DNA of 62,917 bases, filler included, from Circinaria calcarea (Eukaryota), in the NCBI GenBank assembly GCA_051942165.1. It is 6 parts of 6 records of this genome, joined end to end, with 100 filler letters (N's around TTAATTAATTAA, not from the genome) between each part and the next. Parts side by side here need not be neighbours in the genome. Positions count along the whole stretch, not along the records: positions 21,027 to 31,427 come from JAVECS010000810.1; positions 31,528 to 41,925 come from JAVECS010000811.1; 4 more parts are not named here. One strand, 5' to 3'. The position numbers and the translations under genes were made by a program. The notes beneath the pieces are model-generated. The model was not told where the DNA came from, searched no databases, and was given only the letters and a program-made list of their open reading frames with translations. Position 1 is the stretch's first letter; each line of letters begins with the position of its first letter. Shown piece by piece: positions 25,592 to 38,646 of the stretch.

Positions 25592-26669
25592 GGGGAAATA
25601 TGGGCCGGGCCCGTTGTATATAACGGGTTATGTTGGGTAGAGAAAATAGCGTCTGCGTCACTTGAGACATGGAGACTAGAACCCCCTTACTAAGTTAGCT
25701 AAAAGAGACTGAGATCCCATGGTGGGTCTATCTCGAACTAATGCAATATCTTACACTGAATATCTATTACATAATTTACTCGATATCGGTGGAATCCACC
25801 TCAAGTTTAGCGACTTCCTTGCGACCAACATTGAACAAGATCATCAGATACTGTGGTGTGAGCTACCTAGGCTACCTTAACCCCAGACTCATATCCACCA
25901 ACCATATTTAGCTGGCATCTACAGAGTAAAGCTGTGGGCATTCCCATTTCCCAGTAACTCAATAAACCTGAACCCCACGCGGGCATCTCATACCTATATC
26001 CCTTCTAGGTATCTATATCCCATATTCCAGGAATTAATAGCCCCATGCCTGCCCCTTGTAAGCCAAAAATCAGCCCACCACTGCCACCTTCCTCCGACCC
26101 TTCTTCCCACCCTTTCCCACCACCACCCTCCCTCTACATGCTATAAACAATCCCCAACGAACAAAACAGCCCGCCGCGGGCCAAACTGTAAAATATCGGC
26201 ACCAATTCCCGCAGCTTCCCTTTGATAAGAGACGAGACGAGTGGCATCGAGAGCCTGGCGGGGTAGCTTCCCAGAAGCCCGTTGATAGCGCCGGTCGTAA
26301 AATGATAAAACCGCAGGAGGGAAAAATAATATGCAGATGATTGGTTGGAAGTTTGCTGTTGGGACTTTTTACCCGAGAATTGTAAGAATGACTGACTCTG
26401 GAAAGATACAGAGGGGTCCCGGGTAAGGAGCTGAGAAGAAGAAAGCCGTAACCATAACCATTCAATCTCCATTGGACCAAGCGGCCGCGACGGAACTGCC
26501 CTAAATATCATCAATCGTATATTGCCGGCTAATATGTACATAACACCTTGGTACAACGAGTCCATCTAATATCTTCAAAGCAAAAAAGGCAAGCGAGAGG
26601 CATTTGTCCCTCCGCCGGGTATCTCTGAGAAATAGCGTAAATACTACCGCCACCACATAGCCATTGATT

Positions 26670-29600
26670 TCATATTCTCCCGCCTTCGATAACTCGTCTC
26701 CCTAGGATCTCTACCTGCCCACCTTCAGCCATCCTTCGTCTCTCCAAGACCCATCTTCCGGCCCCGTCTTCGTTGATCTCCTTGACATAGCTTACACTTT
26801 CTGCGCCGGAGCTGTTGCGGCCATGTCCTGGTCCTTTCAAAGCATTTCTTCTCTTGGGCGAGGAATCAGAACCGCTACTCCTATCCGCTTGCATTTGTGG
26901 TGCCGTCATTGCAAGCTCCTGCGTTTGAAGTCTAAGCGTGGGACTTCCGGACAACGATTCTTCTCCTCCGGAGCCAAACTCATTCTCACTAGTTAGACTC
27001 TGACTTGAACCGGCCAGGGTTGAGCTGCTGATTCCATTTGAGAGCATACCGTTTGGCACCATTGGAGGATGATAAGTATGTGAAGAAGTACTCTTGTGGC
27101 TACCCACACTACTCGGCAAGCTCACGTTACTACCTCCCCAAGCACCACGGCGGAGCTTCATCAATGCAGAGAGTGACATGTCATCTTCGCGGAAGGTGAA
27201 GGAGTCTGCCAGCTGTGCCAATCCGGCGTTTTGCAAAGACTGCGAATAACCTCCATGAAGGGCAAGCGAGATTGCTGAGTTCCGATTACTCCACTCACTG
27301 CGTTCAGTAATGGGCGTTAGACTCGGCTCCTGAAAGTTGGCTCGCCCACTATGACTCCTACGTAAACCATCGACACCTGCAGAGCCAAAGTAGCCGCCGT
27401 TGGAATATTCGGCCTCTCCAGCACCACTAGCACGTGCAAAGAATCCGAACTCCTGGCCATAAAATCCATCGTCATCGTTTTCCAATGCCTCGGCGTTTGC
27501 TGCTGCGATGATAGAGTCGTCCTCAAGGTTATCGTCGAAATCAAAGTTTGCTGTATCATCGGTAGTACTATGAGTATTATAGTCTCTAACGCTTTCAGGA
27601 TGCGACTGCTCTTCGAACGTCACTCTCTGCTCTCGTCCCTCTTTACGAAACGCTAGCTTCTGATAATCCGAATTTCTAGACTGGCGATTAAACCTACCAG
27701 TAATAACCGCCTGATTAGCTGCGAAAGCTAGCGCGTTGTGATATGCCGTAAGGTTATCTTGGGCAAGCCCCGTTGATGTACCATCGTGGTTAGTTAATGA
27801 ACCCGGATCTCCAGGTAACGTTGAGTTGAGTAGATATTGCGAGGTCTGAAACTTCATTTCATCTTCCCCTATATCGGAGGGTATAGTTTCGGCACTGTCG
27901 GAGGAGATAGGCCGGGTGGAGTGCTGCGATGTATTAATTTTTACTGGTATTATACCAGCTGGTAGCGGCTTTAAATCTCGTAGCGGGAGACCATATATTC
28001 TGCTGGTGTCATCGTCGAACAATGATTCATCAAAACGTGGGCCCCCGCCGTCATCGATATCTTCGATGATTCCGTCATCAAAATAAAGGTCATCTTCATC
28101 ATGATCTGTAAGCCGTCGAGTTATTGGTACCGGATTTTCGACCATGCTCGCGTTCTCGTGAAAAGCTGGTAATTCATTGGCTTGGAGCTGAAAACCAGAA
28201 AATTGTCCATGGCTCTCATTTTGTTGCTTGTAGCGATGAGTTTGTCCACTCGGATCATTTGACGCTCTCTGGTCCTCTGCAAACGTTTCCAAGAGATTGC
28301 GTGGTGAATCGACAGAGGTATATCCCGTACTGGTAAAACTTGTGGGGCTAACGAGAGGCGATTCCGTTGAAGAGTTAGGCTTTGACCTGTCTACCGTCTC
28401 TCCATATCTACCCTCACCATCTTCTTCTGCATCTGCGTTGACTCCTGGTATTCGCTCTTCAAACCCATCAACGTCGTCTATATCGTCAAAGAAATATTCC
28501 TCGTCCTCTTCAACCTCTAGACTACGAGCACCTAGAGTAAGCGAACCAGCCGTGGACTTCGAGTGAGCTTTCTGAGCTGCCTGCTGTCTATGTTTTTCTT
28601 CCAACAGCTTCTCTTGTGTAGCAGAACCAACACCAGCAAGGTCAAAACTAAATCGAGAGGCGTTACTGCTGAAATGCTTTGGAAGGCCTGCGCTTTGGAA
28701 TGTGGTGTCCGCATTCGACGTGCCACGAGACCGGGTTTGGGGAGGAGAAGTTGCGGGAGAGGAAGGTTTGGAACTAGGTAAAGACATTGGCGGGTGATCA
28801 TCGGTGGTAATCGGAACTGGTAATGACTCTGCCTGAGGATTCTCCGAAACCGACTCCAGAGGCGCGTTCGAAGAGAGAATGTAATCTGAATTGCCCACTT
28901 GCATAGAGCTTGTCAGGTTGTTTGGTAAGTTACGAGCAAATGGCGGCAGAGAAGAGACTGCCTGAGTAGGTTGATCCATCACAGGGATTCTGTCCATGAT
29001 GCTCCTAGTTTGTTGATTTCTACGATCATCCTCGTCAAACTGCCATGGTTCTGTCTCTAATCCAAAATGTTCTTTGAAAACCGGGGTGTGCTCACGATCG
29101 GCTCCATACCCACTACTTGGACGCGAGTTGGCAGTGCTGTTTCCGAATGGGAGATTCTGCCCTTCACCCGGTTGGAGAGGTCCATTCAAGACGTTCCCAT
29201 GATTTGGCTTTAGGGCTGAAGACTTGCTATGATCGTTAGCTACGATCCGTGGGGTGCGTGGGGCGCTGAAGTCATGAACGACGCTCCCGCGAATCCTTGG
29301 GTCATAATTGTCTTGAGATTTGGTAATTGAACTAGTAGTGTTCTTCTTTTCAAATGTAAGGTCTAGAGCATGCGGGGTCGTTTGTGCAGACCGTCGTCGA
29401 TTAAGTAGAGACATCGGATTCAGGATGTTAAGTCTAGTTTTGCTATAACGAGCAAGACTTACCGCGGAGCTCGCGGGTTGCGCAGACTGGGTGTATAGAC
29501 TCGTTCGAGTCGATTGAGCTTGATGAGCAGGTATAGGCAGATCTTCTCGAATTGCTGTCGACTGTGTTGTGGATGGCTTAGTGTATAGCCGACGTTGGGT

Positions 29601-30107
29601 CTTGCCAGAGTTCTGGGACCGGTCTTCCTTTGTTGTAAAATGACTGTACAGTGATGGCTGCTCATTGAAGGTTGAAGCAGACTGTTCTAGGACTGATTCC
29701 TGTAAATCTTGTGTGAACTCGGGTTGCGTTTGAGGGGTTTGTGCACCGGTGTCGAGGTTGAGATCTTTGTCTCGAATCGGTGTTAAGTCTTCACCCTGCT
29801 CTGAAGGATTAACTCTCACCCGCTGCGTATCTTCCTCATATACTTGATCGACACCCAGGCTCCGGGCTTCGTGTTGGGATGCAATGCGAGGAATTGGAGG
29901 AAGGGTGTAAGGATTCGGTGACAAGACAGGGACGTATTGCATGCCCTCAAGATATGGTCTTTGGTGTTGAGACTCATCACCCTTTCCGTCATTCGAGTAA
30001 CCCGCATGCCCATGGATATGTCGCACAGATGACGGTTGTAGAGGAGGTATCACAGTCGAGTGTGCCACCGTCCGTCGACCGTTGGGACGTTGGAAGTAAG
30101 AAAACAT
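26670..30107 (-). CDS. Large intronless, mostly disordered fungal hypothetical protein (1145 aa)
   Basis: Uninterrupted 3.4 kb ORF with motif islands LNPMSLLNRRRS, YDPRIRGSVVHDFSAPR, HTPVFKEHF, SNASRFSFD, AAANAEALENDDDGFYGQEFGF, EPSLTPITERSEWS, RWVLERRR. Confidence 0.85.
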   Translation of the reverse strand: MFSYFQRPNGRRTVAHSTVIPPLQPSSVRHIHGHAGYSNDGKGDESQHQRPYLEGMQYVPVLSPNPYTLPPIPRIASQHEARSLGVDQVYEEDTQRVRVNPSEQGEDLTPIRDKDLNLDTGAQTPQTQPEFTQDLQESVLEQSASTFNEQPSLYSHFTTKEDRSQNSGKTQRRLYTKPSTTQSTAIREDLPIPAHQAQSTRTSLYTQSAQPASSAVSLARYSKTRLNILNPMSLLNRRRSAQTTPHALDLTFEKKNTTSSITKSQDNYDPRIRGSVVHDFSAPRTPRIVANDHSKSSALKPNHGNVLNGPLQPGEGQNLPFGNSTANSRPSSGYGADREHTPVFKEHFGLETEPWQFDEDDRRNQQTRSIMDRIPVMDQPTQAVSSLPPFARNLPNNLTSSMQVGNSDYILSSNAPLESVSENPQAESLPVPITTDDHPPMSLPSSKPSSPATSPPQTRSRGTSNADTTFQSAGLPKHFSSNASRFSFDLAGVGSATQEKLLEEKHRQQAAQKAHSKSTAGSLTLGARSLEVEEDEEYFFDDIDDVDGFEERIPGVNADAEEDGEGRYGETVDRSKPNSSTESPLVSPTSFTSTGYTSVDSPRNLLETFAEDQRASNDPSGQTHRYKQQNESHGQFSGFQLQANELPAFHENASMVENPVPITRRLTDHDEDDLYFDDGIIEDIDDGGGPRFDESLFDDDTSRIYGLPLRDLKPLPAGIIPVKINTSQHSTRPISSDSAETIPSDIGEDEMKFQTSQYLLNSTLPGDPGSLTNHDGTSTGLAQDNLTAYHNALAFAANQAVITGRFNRQSRNSDYQKLAFRKEGREQRVTFEEQSHPESVRDYNTHSTTDDTANFDFDDNLEDDSIIAAANAEALENDDDGFYGQEFGFFARASGAGEAEYSNGGYFGSAGVDGLRRSHSGRANFQEPSLTPITERSEWSNRNSAISLALHGGYSQSLQNAGLAQLADSFTFREDDMSLSALMKLRRGAWGGSNVSLPSSVGSHKSTSSHTYHPPMVPNGMLSNGISSSTLAGSSQSLTSENEFGSGGEESLSGSPTLRLQTQELAMTAPQMQADRSSGSDSSPKRRNALKGPGHGRNSSGAESVSYVKEINEDGAGRWVLERRRMAEGGQVEILGRRVIEGGRI

Positions 30108-30775
30108 CGCGGAGAGGGTATGTCAAGAGGGTCTAGTGCTTCATCTCGTAGCTGGGGACGAGGTCGTAGCTATCAGTCAGCTAATTGCTGGAAGGAGAGT
30201 GCCTCGTACATTCTCAGCACGTTGAGATGATGATAGTGATGCCAATCACCTTTGGAGGTCCACATGTGCTTGCATGTGAAAGCTGTCTCGCTCCCACATC
30301 TTCCACCCTTATGAGGGTTACTCAGCAGCACAGAGTTCCAAAAGTTCCCAGTAGGCAGGCCAATTTCTGTATGATTGAGTCTTCACTTCAATTGGGGACG
30401 GGGATTACTGCTGTCGATTGGTCAGATGCTGCTAACTAAATGCAGTTTTGACCTCCAGTACTACCTTACGATAAGCTTATCCGGCCACAAAGACCAAATA
30501 ATACCAGCCTTCTCAACCAGACTGGAAATCGAACGTCAAAGCACAACTCGACAGTTTTTATGTTTATGCCCGTGAACATACACCTTGATTCCAATGTAGT
30601 CAAGGACTAGACACCTCGATTTCCCATATATATATATATGACTTGGAACGACGTATCCCTCCTTGAACTTGGTTGACCGCTGCGATACATATCGACTCTA
30701 GACTACAAAGCAGCTCCAATCGCAGAAACCTAGCTTCAGGGCCTGTTCTCGGGAGACAGTTTCCGCACTAACCCT

Positions 30776-31427
30776 CTACTCATCATCGTCTTCTCCTTCA
30801 TCCTCAGCGACCATCTTTGCTCTTCGAGCCTCTTCCTCTTTCTCCAGGCTCTCCATTTGCGCATCTCGTAATGCCTTCAACCTATCTGCCGGTCCTGGAA
30901 GTTTATTGATCTTGTCCGCAACCTGGCCTCTTCCAATCAAGCTAACCACAATACTTGCTCCTACCACGAATGTCAAGACAAAGCGATATGTGGTATACCA
31001 GTATGGAGCCCAGCCTTTGACGGTGGCCCTCGCATCATGGAAATAGAGATAGTTGAATGCTAGGAACTGAGCGATCAAGGCATACTCGACTGGCATCAAT
31101 ATTGTTGGCCATGCTATAGCAGGGGCAATCATCCCGATTGCGTATCGACTGTATCCAAACTCTCCTCCGTACTTGGACCATTCGAACCCCCAATGAATGG
31201 CTCCTAAGAACGAAATGATCTGTGGTCCAACTTAGCGATGAAAGTCTCCATACGCATAGAATACTGCACTTACCACAGCCCCATAGCCAATCTGCAAAGG
31301 CTCCACGATATGCAGGAGGAGTTCCGCGGTATGTCCCGATAGTAAAAAGCCGCTACCAGTCTGTGCGGCATGATTGATATCCCAGGCTAGATACACAGTA
31401 GACAGCGACGTGGCGACATAAGGTAGA
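30776..31427 (-). CDS. DUF3429/TMEM69-like membrane protein, 5'-truncated at the contig end
   Basis: LPYVATSLSTVYLAWDIN...EPLQIGYGAV | intron | IISFLGAIHWGFEW...APYWYTTYRFVLTFVVG; SFLGAIHWG is the family signature. Confidence 0.85.
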
Positions 31428-31527
31428 NNNNNNNNNNNNNNNNNNNNNNNNNNNNNNNNNNNNNNNNNNNNTTAATTAATTAANNNNNNNNNNNNNNNNN
31501 NNNNNNNNNNNNNNNNNNNNNNNNNNN
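31428..31527. other. Artificial contig linker
   Basis: N44-TTAATTAATTAA-N44. Confidence 0.98.
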
Positions 31528-32823
31528 TCACAATCATCACAACGACAACGGCAACGGCAGCAACAGCAACAGCAACAGCAGCAGGAAGGATCTCCTGACG
31601 GCAGCTCCCCCGTAGACAGATGCGAAGAAGATGGCTTTGTGCTCATCGACGAGGAGCAGATGAGTGCAGAATGGGTATGTACGGCCCCCCCACCCTCACC
31701 CGTTTCTTCTTCTCTCCGTCCCTTCTCCCATCATCAATACCCCCCTCCCCCCTTATTCCCTCCCATCATACGTAACCACACCATCTGAGCACCCAGCAGG
31801 ACGGCGACCAAACCAAATACGCGCCCCCAACGCGCTATCACTCCGCCCTGCGAACCGCCCACTCCAGCGCCCAGAGCGCCCGCAGCACGTGGGAGAACCT
31901 AAGCTGGAATGGCCTCAGAGCTAGTGTAAGCACGGCCGCGAGCGGTATCCTGGAGAAGGGTGTACAGTTTGTGGGACCGCAGACGAGGAGGGTTGCTGGG
32001 GATGTGAGCGTAGGAGTTGATAAAAGAGAGATAAATGTGTTTGCGGATGAGGGGGGGAGAAGAGAAGAAGAGGGAGAGCAGAAGAAGCATGGCAGGATTC
32101 GAGAGGGGACGAGAAAGGACGGCGCCTATGGAATCTCGAGGGGTGGAAGGCCCAGGGAAGATGTGGGCGGTGAGGGTGGCTTAAAAATCGAGTACGAAGA
32201 GGAAGGATGCGATCCGCTCGGGTTGTCGAAACGATGGGAAGGCCGAAAGAGAACCGAGAGACAGGAGGAGGAGAGGAAGAGGTTGTTAGAGGTGTGGAAG
32301 GGGAAGGAAGAAAGGACGACGAGGGGAGGGAGAGAGCGGGGGCAGCGAGGCGCTGGTTTGCGGGATAGGGATCAAGCACTGGGTTCGGGGCCAAGCGGCT
32401 TGGGTTTGAACAAGGAGGATAGTCACGAGAACCAAAGGAGGAGAGATCCAGGTCCAGCTACATGGGAGAAAAGAAGTGGCCTGGGGAACGATCCGCACGA
32501 GCGAATGCTGGACGGTTTGGAAAGCAGCAGAGCTTTCACTCCGACCCTCACCAATCGGGCACGATTCGCCGCCGAGGAAGCAGAGGAAGCAAGGCGAGTG
32601 ATGGAAGAAGAGTGAGTTTCTCGGCCGTTCATATAGGGCTGTAAATGCTGATCTAAACCCTAGGTACCAGAATGCTCTAGGCTCTGGCAGCCAATCCCAG
32701 GCGCAGCATAATGTCCGCCCCATGGAGAGCGCCTCGACATTCAGGCGGGGTGCCGTAGGGGAGTTGAATTATGGGAACTCGAAGCTGGACTGGAGTTATG
32801 GGGTGGAGGTGCGACACTCCTGA
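31528..32823 (+). CDS. 5'-truncated hypothetical protein (polyQ, acidic motif, Arg/Gly/Glu-rich)
   Basis: QRQRQRQQQQQQQQQEGSPDGSSPVDRCEEDGFVLIDEEQMSAEW, GTATGT intron (31675-~31799), a frame continuing into ORF 31971-32615, GTGAGT intron at 32612, last exon ending TGA 32821-32823. Confidence 0.55.
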
Positions 32824-32985
32824 GCGCTGTCGAGTCTGTTCCAGGGGTTTGAGAGACAGGGGTGCATGTTAGTAGTCAATGTCAAGTTGCTAGTAAGAAA
32901 ATGGAATAAAGCGCAACTGGATTTTGATAAATCCAGGGGAGTTATTGGTTGGCCATGCTTCATTGGTGAGTAAGTCTTTTAATTC

Positions 32986-34328
32986 TCAAGCTTTCTTCTT
33001 CCCGCTGCCTTTGGGTCTACCCCTTTTGGGCTTTGCTATCTCCGGCTCTTCTGTAGCTTTAAGTGGTTTGTCCTCACCTACGAGTTCGTCGGTTTCATCT
33101 TCCGAGTACTGCGTAACATCACTCTCGTCATCTTTGCCGTGGTCGGTAGGAATGGCTTCGTGGTCGTCATCATCAGGGCTCAACTCCACCCCTCGGACTT
33201 GCCTGTTGGAAGTTTTCTCTTCCTCAGAGGCTGAGCGTTGTTGAATCTCCTTCATAATTCTCTTCCCCTCGCTCTCTACCCCATTCATCGTACCGCAACC
33301 TGAACACCGCCACCTTCCTACGTCTTCTAATTGCTTGATCCCTGGTGGCGCCTGTCCATTCACAAGCCTGCATTTCATACATATTAGAGCGAGGCGGTTC
33401 TTAGGATTCGCCTCATCTTCTCCAAGCAAAATGTCCATCAAACGATCATACCACCTAGAGCCACTCGTAACCTGTTCGTATTGCGGCACGCTAGAGAAAG
33501 CATTAGGTGCGAATTGTACCATGTCTACTGGAGAAGACGGCTGCTGCCATGGTGGGGAAGCGGCAGCCGCGGTCAGTGGTGGAGGGAGACCAGTAGGACT
33601 AGAAGCTGACGTGGAGCGAAGAGGTGTGTTTGGGAGAGACGCCATCCCATTCCGACCCGGAATGTTTGCTGTTGGTGGTGGTACAAATCCTGTTCTCCCT
33701 CCTTTCGGTGTAGTCGAGTTTGGTTGACTTGGGGTTGTCTTACGGCTGGAGGTGCCCGCTTTTACTTTTGAAGGGGTCCCACCGTACTTCTCTAAGAGCT
33801 GTTGCGTGGTATTGTACTTCGTGGCAGCCTTAAGCTTGTCTATGGTAGTATCCCGCTGCTTCTGTAAAACATCCACGTGAGCTTGAAGTTTCGAGGTCCG
33901 GTAGTCATAATAAGTGGTAAGCCCAAGCCTGATAAGATAGATGCTATGAAGACCATCAGTCCCGCCGTTTTCCAAGCTTCTCTCCTGCGGGCATAATTTT
34001 ACATCACTGGACCACCCGTCACTGCGGTGTACTCGACCGCCGTCCAATTCTTCCAGCCCACGACAAGTGCCAGTATTATAGAGCATAAGAGATATGCGAA
34101 AACAGAATACAGAGTCCATAACGCCTTCAATCGCCGGGATCGCTGGCGGAGAGCGTCGAGACGGGTGGTGGATTTTGTGATTTTCGCAGACAGAGTGGAA
34201 AGGGCTTTCTCGAATGAGGCTGGAGAGGTATCATCAGCCTAGAGATTGTGAGCTTGCCAGTCTTCAATTTCCAAGACACCTTTTCATTATTATATACTAA
34301 CTTTCCATGGCCACAAGGAAACCATCAT
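32986..34328 (-). CDS. LNP1: ER junction protein Lunapark
   Basis: MVSLWPWK|ADDTSPASFEKALSTL, two TM segments, KLKAATKYNTTQQLLEKY, WYDRLMDILLGEDE, Zn ribbon LICMKCRLVNGQAPPG...WRCSGCG. Confidence 0.92.
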
Positions 34329-34734
34329 GTATCCGCTTCACAAATGTGGTTATGCGATTCTCTAGAGCTTAAGAGCTCGGCATAGCTGTCAGTGCAGTGT
34401 TTCCTCACTTCAACAGCTGGATGCTTCTAACGTTGCGTTTTACCATCAACAAAAGCAGCTGATACAAAGAGAATGACACGCATTGATAGGTATTCGGGGG
34501 CATACGCCATACCCATCCACGCCGTCTCCCGTGTACCCTAGCCACACACAGTACGCAAGCAGCTTAGCTTCCGTGAGTTATTGGCCGACACCCGGCTGGA
34601 TATCTATCCTAACAACCTTTGACCGCATTTCCGCCGTACAGTCTGCACCTCTTGTGATGCTTTCCCGGATCACGCATTGACAGATATGAGCTTATATATC
34701 GCAGCGACATCCTTACCATGCCGATAAAGGCATC

Positions 34735-37700
34735 ATGTTTCAGGTAAATTGCGGTTCTAGTGTCCAACTTGTATCTTCATACTAAATAGCGAATAGCGTT
34801 TGAAGGGAGCTATCGACTCGACAATAGCAGCGGAGCAAGCTCGACAGCGAGCATCTCAGTCCACGCCCTCAAGATCAAACTCAGGTGCTAAAAAATCAGT
34901 GTCACGGGCTGCCTCACCTGCCGTCAAAACTAGTCGCATCAAACAAGCTGAACGAAAAGAGGGCGAGGCGTCACAAAATGGCCCTGACCCTACCGAATTT
35001 GAGCCCAGATTTGTAATTGAAGATGACGATGCTCCTAGCCGAACGGGTACCCCAAGGCCTACACTTGACAAGGCTCAAGACGATGCTACCAATGAACCTC
35101 CCAACGAAGAGGCTACTGTCTCTGAAGACAGGCAGCAGCTGTCGGAGAATGTTCCGGAGGGAAATGAGGCGGCAAACCCTTCCGAACTTCCTCCAGATGT
35201 TCGGCTCAAGCTTCGAAAGCTCGACAAGCTCGAGTCTAGGTATCAGGGTAAGGGTCGTATATCCTGGCGGAAAGCGCTTTGTGGCTCACTACATCATAGA
35301 GTTATTACGTTCTTATCGGATTGCCCATGCACGTGTGTCTGCAATAGAGCCCTTTGAAACTTCACTGCGTGAGAATACACCTCTAACATCGATCAATGAC
35401 CCCGCGGCGCTGGTGGAATACCTCAATCAACTGAACTTGAAGGGTGATATGGTCCTTGATGAATTGAAGCGAGTCTCAAGCGAACGCGACAATTTCAAGG
35501 AGAAGCTCGCTGAAGCTGAAAGAAGTGCCCGAGAGGCCTGGGATAATGTGACCGCCTTACGTGAGAAAAGACCTACTAATGGCGACATTAGTCAGGCGCC
35601 GGACAGGGCTGAGACTCCATTATCCAACGGTACTAATGGATTGCCAACTGAGAGTAGCGCAATGAAAGGAACCCTCGGCGGAGAATCATCGGAAGTTGCA
35701 ATCAAGTCGCCTCTAAGCCCGGCCAAGCCGCGGACTTCTTCTATACCTAGTATCTCTTTATTTTCTCCAAAGGCAAAAGCCGTACAGGAACCAAAGGTTG
35801 AGGAACAGACTGAGGAGTTCTTTTCATACGACAGTGAGCTGCCGAAGCTAGAACATGAACTAAAAGCCAAACAAGTCGAGGTCGCAGAGCTTCAAAATGA
35901 GATCAAGGCCGTAAAAGGTGATTTAACGGTTGCAAGAGAGTCTGCGCAAAGTATGGTCAGAAATCTCGAAGATTCTACTAGGGAGTTGAACTTGCTCAAG
36001 GAACGTGGAGACAAGTGCGAGGTTGATCTGATGGAGCAAAAGAAAACTGGCGAGGAAACTATTAGGAACCTAAAGGAAGACTTGAAAACCGCACATGGAA
36101 GGCTGCAAGAGGTAGAAACGCAGCAAAGCACACAGATATCGGAGCATATATCTCAGCTGGAGGAACGACTTCATGAGGCCAAATCTGAGCTTGACGCTGC
36201 TCATAAGGTAGATGCAGAGAAATCTGATTCTACTGTTACAGTTGAGCGACTCCAACGTGAGGTCAATACTTTGAAAGCAGAGATTTCGGTGGTCCAGAAC
36301 CAGAAGAATCTCAGCCAGAAGCGTGTAGAAACTCTCAATGGCCTTGTTAGTAATCTTCGTGAGCAATTGTCAAAGGCGGAGCACAATGAAAGACAGTTGA
36401 AGTCAGAATTAAATGACAAGATGGCAACTGTCAATTTACTGCAAGATCGCATAACTATAATTGAGAAGAGCACCCCAGTGAATGGTGAAAATGTAACTCA
36501 AGGTGATGGAGTTGGGAGCAAGAGCGGACCTTTGATGTCTGGAGAAGGCAGAAGCATGGATAGAGGAGCAACGGGAGACGGGACGACAGCGGCAAAGAGA
36601 AAGAACAAAAAGAAGAAGAAAGCCGGCAAAGCCGTCCCTGAAGCAGATCATCTAGGCCCGCCTACCTCAGTCGGGACCGAGCAAGATTCAATTCCGGACA
36701 CGCAAGCACCTCTATTACAGGGTGACACGGTTTCTAGGCTTCAGCAGGAGCTTGACCATTTGAGTAGTCTCCTAGAGGAAAAGGATGCTGCTATTGAGCG
36801 GTTACATGGGAAGCTGAAAAACGGGGAAGACATGCAGGAAGAGATTGATTCCTTGCGAGATGACTTGGTACTTGTTGGGCAAGATCATGTTCGGGCAAAG
36901 GACCAAATCAAAGATTTGGTATCCGAGAAGAATGCCTTGCAAACAACCGCGACCAATTTGCATAAAGAAATTGCAGATTTACAAGCAACTCAAGCATCCA
37001 ACACAGCGGATTCTGAGCAAGCGCAAAGAGAACTAGCTGCTCAATTCGAGGATCTCCAAGCCAAGGCTACAACTTTGGAGACCGATCTGGCCGTTGCACA
37101 ACAACTGGCCTCATCGAGGTTCAAGGATATCACAGACTTGAGAAACATACTTCAGAAAGTGCAGCCAGAACTTATCGCATTAAAGAACGAGGTTATTGAA
37201 GTGAAGTCGTTGAAGGAGGAGCTTAAACTGAAGTCTACTGCCTTGCAGCATATCGAAGCTAAGCATGAGATGATTCAAGCTGAACTAGACCACCTGAAGA
37301 GAATGATAAGTGACAAGGACTCGGAGATCAAGCTTCTCAATCACAAGTCTAGGCAGGACGTTTCAGACAAGTTAAAGGCGGAAGATGCGACCAACAAAGC
37401 GAGCCAAGAGCTCCAACAATCCGAAAAGGAAAAAGTTCAACTCGGCCAGTCGCTTGATCGCGTTTCAAAGGAACTTAGTAAGAACCAGGAAGAGCTGAGA
37501 AGCTCGAGGGCCCAACTTCGTGAACTTGAGGAATCTATAAGCAAGTTGGTAAGGGACAATGAAGAATTGAAGGAGGAACTCGAGCTCAAGACAGCTCAAT
37601 ATGCTAGTGCGGAAAGCCTCATGAGTAGCATGCGAGACCAGAGCACAGAGATGGCCGTGCAAGCAAAGGAGGCTAGAGAGCGATGTGACAATCTGGAGGA

Positions 37701-38646
37701 AGAGGTTGCTGATGCACATAGACTTCTTGGCGAGCGCAGCCGTGAAGGTGAGACAATGAGAAGGTTGCTTGCGGAAGTTGAAGGCAGGACTGAGTCAAGA
37801 ATTCGCGAGATGAAGGAACGAATGGATAATGCTGTCGAGGAGAGAGATCGTGCAGAGGACGAAGCTAGTACGATTGGTAGACGACGAGCTAGGGAGCTTG
37901 AAGAGGTTAAGAATAAGCTCAAAGATGTGGAGCGTAGTCTCAAAAGGGCAGAGGAGGATAAGGAAGAGTTGGAAGCTGCACAGCGTGATTGGAGAAGACG
38001 ACGGGAAGAGCTCGAGCAGAGAGCTGAACAATCTTCTCTCGAAGTCGAAGACGTGAGAAAGGCTATGAGCGAGCTTCGGGACGCGCTGGACGAGAGCGAG
38101 AGGCAGGCAAGAGAGCTGGAGAGACAGAAAACGGAGCTGCGTCGCTTAAGCGAGGATACGCAGAATCGCCTTGATAGGCTTCAAAAATCCAACAAGGTGC
38201 GTCAGAGATAGAGCTCAACGTTCTCTCGCTTTGACAATACTGACACTTCATGAAGGCCCTGGCGGACGAGACTCGACTGCTACAGACAATCAAAACCAAA
38301 GGTATGGAATCGGAGGCACCGTCGTCACGTTCGTCACTCGAGTCACCTCCTTCAAGGGCCAAAATCGGATCCCCGGTACCTAAGGTTAGGACGGGTTCGG
38401 CGGCTGTCACCGATCTTCAAAACAGTCCCGCCCTGGGGTCAATGGACTATGTTTACCTGAAGAACGTGCTCCTTCAATTTCTGGAGCAAAGAGACAAAAA
38501 GCATCAGATGCAGCTAATCCCTGTGTTGGGTATGCTACTTCATTTTGACAGGTAAGATGTTCCCTCTTGATTCGCCCTTCGTCGGCCTCTTACGCCTCTG
38601 TAGAAAGGATGAACAGAAGTGGATGGCTGCAATCACGACCAAGTGA
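34735..38646 (+). CDS. IMH1: GRIP-domain golgin, long coiled coil (Imh1-like), multi-exon
   Basis: MFQ|RLKGAIDSTIAAEQARQ, about 1000 aa of coiled coil, C-terminal GRIP MDYVYLKNVLLQFLEQ...LIPVLGMLLHFD|RKDEQKWMAAITTK*. Confidence 0.9.
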
